Shown piece by piece: positions 36,409 to 46,165 of a stretch of 64,000 nt of DNA (its first letter is position 1; each line of letters opens with the position of its first letter). The DNA comes from a virus (lineage: Duplodnaviria > Caudoviricetes): IMG/VR virus record IMGVR_UViG_3300010357_001370, positions 10,927 to 74,926 of that record; one strand, 5' to 3'. The notes beneath the pieces were generated by a model. It was not told the origin of the DNA and did no database searches. It was given only the letters and a program-made list of their open reading frames with translations. Made by a program: the position numbers and the translations under genes.

Positions 36409-37745
36409 TGGCTATTTCAACTGCTATTCAGACCAGCGGCGCAACTATACAATTTGGAACAGTCAGCGGTTCCGCATTTACTGCTGGTAATATTAGAATT
36501 AAGGGATCAGCTACCGTAGACGGTCAGCTAGATATCAATTCTTCTGCTGCACTCGCTGTGACTGCTTCCGTACTGGCCGTCACAGCTTCTGGAGCGGTAG
36601 GCATCACATCCTCTAAGCCTATTCAAGCAGCGTCGTCCGCGGTGATTGGTGGCTCCGGCGGAGTTCTCCCCGCTACGTCCGGATCGCTTTCTGCAGGAGG
36701 TGGACTCCTCGTTAAAGATGAGACATCTGGTAAGAATTGGTTCCTCCACGTACACGCAGATCGTATTAGGTTGTTCGACGGGGTATCGACAGAGCTAGTC
36801 TTTACCACTCCGGCTGATTCCATAGCCCAGGCTACCAATGCTCTCGCCTGCTCAGGTAACGCCGCAACCGCTACTCTTGCTGCAGCAGCTACAAAACTTG
36901 CAACAGCTCGAACGATTGGTGGGGTCAGCTTTGATGGGACAGCAAACATCAATCTCCCTGGCGTTAACACATCCGGTAATCAGAATACCTCAGGAAATGC
37001 CGCTACTGCGACACTAGCTGCTACAGCTACTACAGCAACAAATGCTCTTGCATGTTCCGGTAATGCCGCTACTGCGACACTAGCTGCTACAGCTACTACA
37101 GCAACAAATGCTCTTGCATGTTCCGGTAATGCCGCTACTGCGACACTAGCTGCTACAGCTACGATTAGCTACAATAATAGATCAGCAGCTAACTACCAGA
37201 TCTTATTTGGCTCCGGTGTCGGGCTATATGCTTCAGACCTTGTAACAATGAATCCCAGCACAGGAACAATCACAACTACAAATATTAGCGGAGCAGGCCG
37301 AGGAGGAATAATTTCCGGCTTCAGTAAAGTCTATAATGCTGTTTGGAATGATTATGCCGACTATATTTCTCTTGAAGGGCCAATTCCAATAATTCCAGGC
37401 CGGGTCTATTCGTACAACGGGCACTTTCATCAGATAGCCTCGTCGTATGCTGAGATGGGAGTAATCGGTATCTGTTCCGATACTTTCAGCTTTGTTGCAG
37501 GTCATAAAGAAGATGAATTCCAAGTACCAATTGCAGTCTGCGGATTCGTCTTAGCTTACGTTGATAAAGTCTATCCGTCAGGGACTCCACTCACGTCAGC
37601 CACCGACGGTGGGCTAACCGAGATGACTCTAGAAACCAAAATGAAGTTCCCGGAGCGTTTGCTAGCTACTTTTTATAAAGAAGAGAGAAGCACCGCTTGG
37701 TACGGAATAGAGGTTAATGGACGGCACTGGGTTCAAGTTCGCTAA
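36408..37745 (+). CDS. Fibre/tail-appendage-like protein with GNAATAT repeats and a probable C-terminal chaperone/autocleavage domain
   Basis: GNAATAT and ARTIGGVSFDGTANINLPGVN are common tail-fibre motifs; VYNAVWNDYADY...GICSDT...IAVCG is typical of phage fibre C-termini. Confidence 0.7.
   Translation: MAISTAIQTSGATIQFGTVSGSAFTAGNIRIKGSATVDGQLDINSSAALAVTASVLAVTASGAVGITSSKPIQAASSAVIGGSGGVLPATSGSLSAGGGLLVKDETSGKNWFLHVHADRIRLFDGVSTELVFTTPADSIAQATNALACSGNAATATLAAAATKLATARTIGGVSFDGTANINLPGVNTSGNQNTSGNAATATLAATATTATNALACSGNAATATLAATATTATNALACSGNAATATLAATATISYNNRSAANYQILFGSGVGLYASDLVTMNPSTGTITTTNISGAGRGGIISGFSKVYNAVWNDYADYISLEGPIPIIPGRVYSYNGHFHQIASSYAEMGVIGICSDTFSFVAGHKEDEFQVPIAVCGFVLAYVDKVYPSGTPLTSATDGGLTEMTLETKMKFPERLLATFYKEERSTAWYGIEVNGRHWVQVR
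36996..37162 (+). repeat. Exact 66-bp tandem repeat, about 2.5 copies, in frame in the fibre gene
   Basis: Copies start at 36996, 37062 and 37128 and encode NAATATLAATATTATNALACSG. Confidence 0.9.
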
Positions 37746-37782
37746 TTTTTCCGTATATTATAAGTCTCTATAAGGAGTTGCT

Positions 37783-38025
37783 ATGGACCTGCGACACAAT
37801 ATTACTATATGCACTCGATGCAAGAAGCCCCTAACAGGCTTGAAGTACTACATCTCGTTAAAGATGGACGCACTAAAAGAAAAGGAAAGCGGGGCTTGGG
37901 AAACAATACCCACTCTCGACCTAACTACAAATGAGGTGGTTTGTGACACTTGCTTTGAAACATTCTCGCAAGCCATAATTGCAGGTATGTCGCAGGAGAA
38001 GGCCGATGAGTCTTCAGCGTCCTGA
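37783..38025 (+). CDS. Small Zn-finger-like protein
   Basis: CTRC...CDTC; RBS AAGGAG; coupled to the radical SAM gene. Confidence 0.6.
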   Translation: MDLRHNITICTRCKKPLTGLKYYISLKMDALKEKESGAWETIPTLDLTTNEVVCDTCFETFSQAIIAGMSQEKADESSAS

Positions 38026-39175
38026 GGAACTGGGGATAACTCAGTTCGAACTTGTAGTAACCGAAAACTGCAATTCGAAGTGTACATACTGCTTCGATAA
38101 CTATTTCGCCGGACAGCGCATTAACACAAAGGATCCTACTCGTTGGATGCAACCGGAGCTTATTCCAGACCTGATCAAGTTTATGGATAAGACCTGCGCT
38201 GATCCAAAGCAGGAAAAGCGTCTCAACATTCACTATATCGGCGGCGAACCTCTCATGAATTTTGAATTTATGAAAGCAAGTGTCCCGGCATTCAGAGAGC
38301 ACTTTGGCCCACGCGTAACGTTTTCTATCAACACAAATATCCTACTCATCACAGATGAGATTCTAGAGATGTTTGTAAAGTACAACTTCAATATCACGAC
38401 ATCTATCGATGGAGGCCGAGAGTCCCATAACGCTCACCGAGGAAACTGGGAGAAGGTAATTGAGAACCTGATACGTATCAAAGCAGCTTTTCTTGATGCT
38501 AAGGGTCCGGGAGCCGATGTAGCTGCCATCGGAGCAGTGTTTGTTGTTAGTGCCGATCGATCCGATTATGTCGTCGAGGATTATAGAACTCTTTCCAAGT
38601 TCTGCAATTGTCGTATTAACCTTAATGCCGAGGATCCGCTCTGGACCGACCAAAAGGTAGACGATGTCTGCAACGCAATTCGTACAATCGCCGCTACTAC
38701 ACCAGATTTCTTTTCAGGAGATCTCGTCGGTGGATTTGAGCCTAAGTATTGGACAGCAATAGAGGGCAATGGAAGTCCATTCTTCTGTCACACGCCGATA
38801 CATAATGTAACAATCAATCCGATGGGTAAGCTATTTTTCTGCCACAGACTTACTCCAAAGTCCTATGAATTTACTCCAGAGTTTTCGGAATTCTATGGTG
38901 ATATTTACCAGGGATATTATAACACCGACTACTACACCAGCATGATAGAATGTCGTGTTGGGGGATCTAACATGTTCGAGGATTGTAAAACATGTAAATA
39001 CGTTAATATGTGTCGGCAGAATTGCCGTGCAGTACACATTGCTAACGGCGGTAAAGTTAATAAAATCATGTGTAAGTATATTCAAACGTACTTCGATCTT
39101 CTAGAACAACACTACGGTCGGGCACTAAATAGGAAGCCTAATAGAGGAGATCTCAATGCCAACCTGTGCACCTAA
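38006..39175 (+). CDS. Radical SAM/SPASM maturase 1
   Basis: CNSKCTYC, IGGEPL, INTN, SIDG and SPASM CH...CKTCKYVNMCRQNC; ATG 38006 has RBS AGGAG. Confidence 0.9.
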   Translation: MSLQRPEELGITQFELVVTENCNSKCTYCFDNYFAGQRINTKDPTRWMQPELIPDLIKFMDKTCADPKQEKRLNIHYIGGEPLMNFEFMKASVPAFREHFGPRVTFSINTNILLITDEILEMFVKYNFNITTSIDGGRESHNAHRGNWEKVIENLIRIKAAFLDAKGPGADVAAIGAVFVVSADRSDYVVEDYRTLSKFCNCRINLNAEDPLWTDQKVDDVCNAIRTIAATTPDFFSGDLVGGFEPKYWTAIEGNGSPFFCHTPIHNVTINPMGKLFFCHRLTPKSYEFTPEFSEFYGDIYQGYYNTDYYTSMIECRVGGSNMFEDCKTCKYVNMCRQNCRAVHIANGGKVNKIMCKYIQTYFDLLEQHYGRALNRKPNRGDLNANLCT

Positions 39176-40106
39176 CTATTTAAACGTCGGATATAAGGAA
39201 TATTTTAACGCCACCGGAGCAAATTGTCAGCAGTACACAAATGGTGGCGGAAACGCTTGTGTTCAATATTGCCCTGCGAACGCAACTACCTACAACAGAT
39301 ACGGAAATGCTTATACTCCAGCCTGTACAGAGGCTCGCTGCGCTCAATCATATATAAACGCCTTTGACGATTGCGCGCAGTACTACAACTATTCAAACTA
39401 TCTGAATTATACGCGAAACGTTTCTGGAGCCGGAGCGTATTCTCTTGGACTTAATACTACACTTATCGATAGTGTTACGACTGTAGACGCTACTGCTATC
39501 AGCGCAATTAAGCATATGCGAGATAAGCTAGTAGAGCTCGTTAACAATAAGCCCCAGCAATCTACAGTTCCTGAAACCGGGCTTACTGCAGTCTCTGATG
39601 CTACTTTTGACGACGGCAACCCGTCGACGATAGAGAAAACTGCCGCAGCCCAGTACAATGCTCTTCAATCTAAGTTTGCCGCTCTCCGGAATGCCATCAA
39701 TACCGGGGTAGCCGTTAGTTCAACTCAAGTCGCACCCGGGGATACTCTTACTAAGAACCACCTAACAGCTTTGAAAACAGATCTAACAAACTTAGCGGCT
39801 GCCTGTTATCAGACATACGCTAATCAGCAAGTAGGTGCAGGGTACGCTAACGCCAACAGTGCATATACTCGCGCTGTTTATGGCGCTTCGGTTGCGTACA
39901 CAAATGCATACTGCGCAGAGTATATCTGTACCAACACGGGCTCCGGCTGCGGGCAATACAATTACTCGGATTATTCCAATTGTACGAATACATTGAGTTG
40001 CGGCAACTGCCGAAATTCGGGTCACTATAACTATAGTAATTACTCGAATCATGCAAATCATTCAAATCATTCGAATTATTCAAATGTTTGCAGAAGAGAT
40101 TACTAA
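39156..40106 (+). CDS. Cys/Tyr/Asn-rich protein 1, candidate radical SAM substrate
   Basis: 19 (Y/H)-x-N triads and about 15 Cys in the terminal regions, around a helical core. Confidence 0.75.
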   Translation: MPTCAPNYLNVGYKEYFNATGANCQQYTNGGGNACVQYCPANATTYNRYGNAYTPACTEARCAQSYINAFDDCAQYYNYSNYLNYTRNVSGAGAYSLGLNTTLIDSVTTVDATAISAIKHMRDKLVELVNNKPQQSTVPETGLTAVSDATFDDGNPSTIEKTAAAQYNALQSKFAALRNAINTGVAVSSTQVAPGDTLTKNHLTALKTDLTNLAAACYQTYANQQVGAGYANANSAYTRAVYGASVAYTNAYCAEYICTNTGSGCGQYNYSDYSNCTNTLSCGNCRNSGHYNYSNYSNHANHSNHSNYSNVCRRDY

Positions 40107-40120
40107 AGAGGTAGTGAGAT

Positions 40121-41116
40121 ATGCCATCCTGTGCACCAAACTATGCTAACGTAGGCTACAAAGAATACTTTAATGCCGCGGCTCCGGGAGTACAATACTC
40201 GAATTATGCAAATCTGTGTATACAGACATACTGTGCAGACTCTCGTGTAGCCTACTACGGTAACACAGGAGCTGGTGGCGGAGGTATATGTAACCAAGGT
40301 GTATGCTATCAAACCTGTACGAACTTCAATCAGTACGGTACCACGTACCCAGCAAATAAAGATGACTGCTCTCAGTATTCTAATTATAGTAACTGTACAA
40401 ATTATGCCCGAAACGGTGGCGGAGCGGGCACAGTTCTTCCTGCACTCAGCCTCGATCAGTCTGTCATTGATGGAATAACAGACATACCAACGTCAATTAC
40501 AGCTGTAACCCATCTTCGAGATAAGTTAGCAACCTTAATTAGCCTTAAGCTAAGACAGGACACGGTCGACGACGCGATGCCTTCGACGATCAGCGATGCT
40601 ACGTTTAATGATAGTAACTCAGCTACTGCTGAAATAACTCTAGCTACTCAGTATAATGCTCTGAAAACTAAAATGGACGCTTTTTGGAATGCATTAAAGG
40701 CTGGAGGAACTACTCTCACTACTCCTAGCTCGGATGCGGTAAAATCTTCTGGAGATACCCTTTTTAAGAATAGTATACTGGCTCTTAAAACGGATCTGGT
40801 GACTATAGCAAATGCATGCTCGCAGACATACGCTAACTATCAGAATGGTTACGCAGCTGTTCTTGCTGATACCTATACGAATAGCGTCGCTACATATACT
40901 AGAACGACAGTGTATAGAGATGCGTTCTGTAGCCAGTTAGTTTGCACAAACACAGGTGGCGGTTGCGGCCAGTACAATTATTCGAATTATAATAATTGTA
41001 CAAATACTGTCTGGCACAACCGATACATGAATACTCAGGATTGTTGGAATTACGCTAATCACAGTAACCATTCGAACCATTCAAATTATCGCGATACCTG
41101 TAGACGAGATAACTAA
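40121..41116 (+). CDS. Cys/Tyr/Asn-rich protein 2, paralogue of protein 1
   Basis: Shared MP(T/S)CAPNYxNVGYKEYFNA start, HxRDKL, SDATF, QYNAL, ALKTDL and HSNHSN...CRRD end. Confidence 0.75.
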   Translation: MPSCAPNYANVGYKEYFNAAAPGVQYSNYANLCIQTYCADSRVAYYGNTGAGGGGICNQGVCYQTCTNFNQYGTTYPANKDDCSQYSNYSNCTNYARNGGGAGTVLPALSLDQSVIDGITDIPTSITAVTHLRDKLATLISLKLRQDTVDDAMPSTISDATFNDSNSATAEITLATQYNALKTKMDAFWNALKAGGTTLTTPSSDAVKSSGDTLFKNSILALKTDLVTIANACSQTYANYQNGYAAVLADTYTNSVATYTRTTVYRDAFCSQLVCTNTGGGCGQYNYSNYNNCTNTVWHNRYMNTQDCWNYANHSNHSNHSNYRDTCRRDN

Positions 41117-41132
41117 CTAAGAGGAGAATAGC

Positions 41133-41831
41133 ATGACTTGTGAACTACAGTGGGATATTAAAGCTCAGGCTTTTAAGGGTATAGCCCAATTTACATATGC
41201 AGAGGACCCATCTAATCTTCCATTTGACGAACACGGATTCTACTATGGCGTTAAGTATGGATTTGATGGAGTAGTTACCGAGCGGTATTACGCTCTTCAA
41301 CCCGGGGATATCTTCGTGAACGAGGATGCAGAAGATCCGGACCGTATCACTACCTTTAAGAGTATCACTAGGCGTACAGTGACTCCTACCGATTTCTACA
41401 TATCCTATAGGTCCCGACCCTTTACTTATCTAGATAATCATCCAGAGATTCAGGTGGATAGCAGGCTTCTCGCTGCAGCAAACGGTCTCGGAATTCGGTA
41501 TAACGCAGAATCGAAGGAAACTCTCGTATACTATGTACATGCTGTAGATCCTCGATGTCGGATGTTGATTGAGGGAACAGACGATGCGGCTTATCTGCGA
41601 GAAGATGCGGATTTCTTAAAGTTTACTCAAGAGCAAGCCGCTGCATTAACAGAATTCAAGTCTGCCGCAGGCGTTTCGTTCCACGGATTTGGAATAACCC
41701 ATCTTGCAGAGATTATTATTGTTCCAGGTATTTATCGATATGTAGCTTTTTGGAACAACGATATTCTAAAGGATTATCTTAATTTCTGGGAGGGAGAGTA
41801 TGCACTTCCTGGTCAGATTTTCAACGTGTAA
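41133..41831 (+). CDS. Hypothetical protein within the radical SAM cluster
   Basis: 232 aa, RBS GAGGAG; ACTAACTA upstream at 41112-41119. Confidence 0.6.
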   Translation: MTCELQWDIKAQAFKGIAQFTYAEDPSNLPFDEHGFYYGVKYGFDGVVTERYYALQPGDIFVNEDAEDPDRITTFKSITRRTVTPTDFYISYRSRPFTYLDNHPEIQVDSRLLAAANGLGIRYNAESKETLVYYVHAVDPRCRMLIEGTDDAAYLREDADFLKFTQEQAAALTEFKSAAGVSFHGFGITHLAEIIIVPGIYRYVAFWNNDILKDYLNFWEGEYALPGQIFNV

Positions 41832-41840
41832 GGAGTCGAA

Positions 41841-43202
41841 ATGTTCCAGTTTAATAATCAACTCGTCTTAAAGGTAACGAAGGGTTGCAATCTTCGTTGT
41901 GAGTACTGCTATGTAATGAATAAGGACCTTCATGAAGGTCAGTTTATAGATTTTGAGCTCTATAAAAAAATTATTGATGCTGTTGTTCTAGATAGACTTA
42001 AGTCTACTCAAGGTAAGAATGAAGACTTTAATTTAACCTTTCATGGTGGCGAGCCTACCACTATTAACAAAACTAGATTTTTCCAGATGTGTGAGTATGC
42101 CCGGGATAAGTTTTTCAAAGCCGGGCTTCATTTGTCGCTATCTATTCAAACAAACCTCACCCTCATCGATGAGGAGTGGTGCCAGCTTTTTAACCGCTTT
42201 AATGTAGCTGTCGGAGCTAGTTGGGACGGAACTGGACCGGCTAACGAAGCTCGTACAGACAAGTCTGAAGACTTCTATCATGAGAAGACTCAGATGTTTA
42301 AGAAGTATAATGTTCAGCACGGGTTTCTACTCGTAGTAAATCGGCATAGTGTAGACTATATCCCAGAGTCGCTAGAGATCCTAAAAAACAAATTCCATAA
42401 AAACCAAGGTCGACTCAACTACGTAGAGGATGTGATTACTCCCTTTGGGCAACCGAGTAGTATAGAAGTACCTGGAAAGGAATTTTTTGAAAAGGTGACA
42501 AAAGCCCAGGTAGATCAGTTCATCGCTACCGGCCAGTGTTTTGATGGTAATATTACAAATAGCATAGAAAAGTTTATGATTGACTACCTGACGAATGTAG
42601 GTAGCTTGTACCCGGAAAACGGTAACTGCTACGTCAAGTATTGCGGCTCTGGAATCAACGTATTGGAAATGGACCCTGACGGTTCCGTTCTCTTTTGCGG
42701 CCGATACGGGGATGCTTATGAAGATGCCATTCTCATGCACGGGCTTGATGAAGACTTTCTCTCTATGAAGCAAATACTAAAACATCTAGAGTTTCAGAAA
42801 GCTAAGATTGCAGCAATGAAGCGATCTCATTGCGACGACTGCAAAGCTCAGAATATTTGTGACCACGGTTGCATGGCATATCACTATACGAAGCCGCAGG
42901 CGGACGGAACCCACAAGTGGGGTATTCGAAATGATCTAACGTGCGCTATGTTTAAGCCTCTATATGATTATATGTTTGAGCATGCTAACGATATTTTTGA
43001 GTCATATTTTAAGAACGACGTCGTCCCAGCCGGACAGACTCAACTTAGCCTACCAAAGTCTTCTAATTTCTATCCAGAGCTAAGTGTTTCTAAGATTCAA
43101 GATAGACTCCAGAAGTACGGGATAACAGTCGAAATTCGGGATTCGCGAATTATATTTAATGCACAGCGCCAGGGGTCATATGACCATACGGCTCATTGTT
43201 AG
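41841..43202 (+). CDS. Radical SAM/SPASM maturase 2
   Basis: CNLRCEYC, FHGGEP, QTN, SWDG and SPASM CYVKYCG...C...CDDCKAQNICDHGC. Confidence 0.92.
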   Translation: MFQFNNQLVLKVTKGCNLRCEYCYVMNKDLHEGQFIDFELYKKIIDAVVLDRLKSTQGKNEDFNLTFHGGEPTTINKTRFFQMCEYARDKFFKAGLHLSLSIQTNLTLIDEEWCQLFNRFNVAVGASWDGTGPANEARTDKSEDFYHEKTQMFKKYNVQHGFLLVVNRHSVDYIPESLEILKNKFHKNQGRLNYVEDVITPFGQPSSIEVPGKEFFEKVTKAQVDQFIATGQCFDGNITNSIEKFMIDYLTNVGSLYPENGNCYVKYCGSGINVLEMDPDGSVLFCGRYGDAYEDAILMHGLDEDFLSMKQILKHLEFQKAKIAAMKRSHCDDCKAQNICDHGCMAYHYTKPQADGTHKWGIRNDLTCAMFKPLYDYMFEHANDIFESYFKNDVVPAGQTQLSLPKSSNFYPELSVSKIQDRLQKYGITVEIRDSRIIFNAQRQGSYDHTAHC

Positions 43203-43210
43203 GAGACTCA

Positions 43211-44233
43211 ATGTCGAACGTCATTCTTACTCATGCATGCAATAAAGGTTGTTCATACTGCTTTGCTCGTGAAACTCGCGACTCTCACGTAACTGTTGGA
43301 GCATGTGCAGACGATGTGCATATGTCAATGGAGATGTTTTCATCTATCCTTGACAAGCACGTAGCCAATCTGCCTCCGGGTCGAGCAGGTCAGGTTAAGC
43401 TTCTCGGTGGTGAGCCAACTCAGCATCCTAAATTCGACGAGATCCTTGCGCTCTGCTATGAGAGGAATATTGAAGTAACTCTGATCTCTAATTTTCTCTT
43501 CTCTAAGGAGAAGCGAGATATTATTCTAAAGTATCTTGAAGCGCGCCCCATGCATTTTCTTATCAACTCTACGGAGCTTGATCAGAAGAACCGTATGGAG
43601 ATCTTCAAGGAAAACTATAATGAGATATATAAGTTTCTATATGCACGAAATGCTGAAGACAATATGTCGTGCGGGCTGACGCTTGATCAGGATGTAGGAA
43701 TTGAATATTACATAAACTATATTGATTACTTGAAGGATAACCTCATCGCAATTGAGCATATGCGAGTAAGCTTATCCTTCCCTGGCGATACGGATAAGAA
43801 GAATCAGTTTTTCTTTATTAACAATACTAAGCTTGGCGATAGCTTGGTGTTCATTACAAAGAAGCTTCTAGATGCTAATATCCCAGCTAACCTCGATTGT
43901 ATTAACTTCCCGTGTATGTACGAGTCTAAAGAAGAGTCTAAGTTTGTAAAGAAATTCTTAGCTGGATCAGATAAGTATATCTGCGGAACCGGTCCCGGCC
44001 CTACGGACTATATGCCCGACGGAACAGCCATCTATTGCTATCCAAATGCTAACACCGTAGTAGACGCTACTAGACTAAAGTCCGATACCGCAGTTCAGGA
44101 ATCTCTTCGTATGAAATACCAGATTGCTAGAGCTACTCTAGTACTACCCGATGCCTGTCAGGAATGTAATGCTAGAAAGGCTGGGCAGTGCGACGGCCCC
44201 TGCTTAGGTTTCTTTAGTTATGATAAGATCTGA
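43211..44233 (+). CDS. Radical SAM protein 3 with SPASM-like Cys
   Basis: CNKGCSYC, LLGGEPTQHP and C-terminal CQECNARKAGQCDGPC; ATG 43211 has RBS AGGAG. Confidence 0.88.
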   Translation: MSNVILTHACNKGCSYCFARETRDSHVTVGACADDVHMSMEMFSSILDKHVANLPPGRAGQVKLLGGEPTQHPKFDEILALCYERNIEVTLISNFLFSKEKRDIILKYLEARPMHFLINSTELDQKNRMEIFKENYNEIYKFLYARNAEDNMSCGLTLDQDVGIEYYINYIDYLKDNLIAIEHMRVSLSFPGDTDKKNQFFFINNTKLGDSLVFITKKLLDANIPANLDCINFPCMYESKEESKFVKKFLAGSDKYICGTGPGPTDYMPDGTAIYCYPNANTVVDATRLKSDTAVQESLRMKYQIARATLVLPDACQECNARKAGQCDGPCLGFFSYDKI

Positions 44234-45341
44234 TGTTAATTTAACATATGTTACACTTCTGGTTACAGAGAACTGCAATCAGAAGTGTACGTACTGTTAT
44301 GATAACTTTTTTGCAGGCGAGCGTGTTAACAGTGATAAGCCAGATGCCTGGCTATCTGTAGATATGCTTCCGAGTATTGTATCTTTTGTAGACAGCCACA
44401 GAGACAAATCTAAACCTATCCGATTTCATTATATCGGTGGCGAACCTCTTTTGAATTTCGAATTTGTCAAAACCAGCGCTAAGCAGCTGTTCTTACATTA
44501 CGGTCCGTCTACAAAATTCTATATCAATACTAATCTTACTATCCTAACAGACGAGATGATTGATACTTTTGTAAAGTACCACTTTACAGTTACCACGTCG
44601 ATAGATGGTCGTAGAGAGGCTCACAATAGGTATAGAGCAAATTGGGATCTCGTAATTCAAAATCTGATCCGACTAACAACGCGGTATATAGAAGCTTTCG
44701 GGCCTGATCATAATAGTATCCGGTCTAACTGCGTAGTTAGCGCTGCTAACGTGTCGACTCTATTAGAAGATTTTTTAGCAATCAATCGTTTTTGTCCATT
44801 ACAGCATCTAGACTTCAATGCAGAGGACCCGGACTGGACTCCAAACAAGCTAGAGGAATTAAAGAGAGTTATTCAAACTATTGCAAGGTTAGTCCCGAGC
44901 TTCTTAAACGAGAACGGGGTGTATCAATCCGCAGTTAAGGCTCAAACAGATTCTAAGTATTGCTGTAACCCTCATAGAACAGTAACAATAGGTCCCAGGG
45001 GTCGTCTTTACTTTTGCCACCGCCTCGTTCCTAAGTCCTATGTATTCACTCCCGGTTTCACAGAGTACTACGGAGATATATATGCCGACTACTCTAATAC
45101 AGAGTATTTCGAACGAATGGATACGTACGAGAAAAATATAGGTCCCGAGTGTGCCGCTTGTAAATATCTTAAGTACTGCAAAGGTGGCTGCAGAGCCTTA
45201 GATTGTAGTCCGAATCCGTTACCGAAAGGTATTGGGGTTCACCCAGATTGTACGTACCAGGGTATCATCTACGACATATACGAAGAACTTAATAGTAAGT
45301 CTCTTAGTTCAGAATCCTTACCGTCTTCACCGGCGCCATAG
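44220..45341 (+). CDS. Radical SAM/SPASM maturase 4, paralogue of maturase 1
   Basis: VTENCNQKCTYCYDNFFAG versus VTENCNSKCTYCFDNYFAG; CAACKYLKYCKGGC. Confidence 0.9.
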   Translation: MIRSDVNLTYVTLLVTENCNQKCTYCYDNFFAGERVNSDKPDAWLSVDMLPSIVSFVDSHRDKSKPIRFHYIGGEPLLNFEFVKTSAKQLFLHYGPSTKFYINTNLTILTDEMIDTFVKYHFTVTTSIDGRREAHNRYRANWDLVIQNLIRLTTRYIEAFGPDHNSIRSNCVVSAANVSTLLEDFLAINRFCPLQHLDFNAEDPDWTPNKLEELKRVIQTIARLVPSFLNENGVYQSAVKAQTDSKYCCNPHRTVTIGPRGRLYFCHRLVPKSYVFTPGFTEYYGDIYADYSNTEYFERMDTYEKNIGPECAACKYLKYCKGGCRALDCSPNPLPKGIGVHPDCTYQGIIYDIYEELNSKSLSSESLPSSPAP

Positions 45342-46165
45342 CAGAATTTGCAACCTGCTGTAAATTCTCTATTCCAGATTTGATGAGCTATATCGCGAGT
45401 GCGTTCTGTACCTAGCATTTCAAGCACCGGGGTACTGAACGCATTCCCTATGTAAGTGCCATCTTCGCGTAGCGGCTGGCATACACAAAGCGAAACTTCT
45501 CCGGTAGTTAAGACAGATACTTGAAACGGGGAACAGTGTTCGAGTTTTGGAACAGTAGACCAATCCCGGATTGCGGGGTCTTGTAGAGACGGAAGACCTA
45601 GTCTTTCAAGGTAGTTCTCAAAGTCATATTCCGGGTCGATCAGCCATTTCATAAAGCCTTCAGAGTAGACATCGATAGTTGTACCAGACTGCATTTCCGG
45701 TACAACAGCAGGACCCATATTAGGATGATAGACGCGCTTAGCCTGCACCTGTGTTGGAGCGATAGCTTGGAGACGTCTATAGTTTTCGAGAGTAAGGTCA
45801 AGAAGAGACTGAGGGATTGCATAATCGCTAAAGTCAACCGCTACGTATTGAATTTTAGTTAGCGTGCGGAGGTTTTCATCTGTCAATTCTGTAGCTAAGT
45901 TAGTTGCGATATAGATGAGGTGAAACCCTGCCGTGGCGAGACGATCTACAATCTCAAAGAAGTTCGGATTCATTAAAGACTCGCCTGCGGGAATAAAGAA
46001 GATACCTAGTCGATCCTTATCGTGTTGATTCAGAACAATAAAGCGTTCGATATCGGGAACGGTCATTATGTGGGTACCGTGCTGAGCTACTCCGGGGATA
46101 ATGCAGCAATGCGGACATCTCTTTTGACAGATACCATATACGGCGTGAAGGTTTATATTGATCAT
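45269..46165 (-). CDS. Radical SAM protein 5 (SPASM/twitch-type C-terminus)
   Basis: CQKRCPHC, GESLMNP, ATN and CVC...CKFC. Confidence 0.8.
   Translation of the reverse strand: MININLHAVYGICQKRCPHCCIIPGVAQHGTHIMTVPDIERFIVLNQHDKDRLGIFFIPAGESLMNPNFFEIVDRLATAGFHLIYIATNLATELTDENLRTLTKIQYVAVDFSDYAIPQSLLDLTLENYRRLQAIAPTQVQAKRVYHPNMGPAVVPEMQSGTTIDVYSEGFMKWLIDPEYDFENYLERLGLPSLQDPAIRDWSTVPKLEHCSPFQVSVLTTGEVSLCVCQPLREDGTYIGNAFSTPVLEMLGTERTRDIAHQIWNREFTAGCKFCYGAGEDGKDSELRDLLLSSSYMS

Noticed and set aside
36996-37162. Possible CRISPR or DGR repeat
   Set aside because: Contiguous in-frame coding repeat with no spacers, no adenine-specific variation and no reverse transcriptase in the window.
39156-41116. 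Identification with the His-Xaa-Ser (Hxs) radical SAM system
   Set aside because: The triads are H-x-N and Y-x-N, not H-x-S, and the proteins are large and Cys-rich. At most it is an analogous system.
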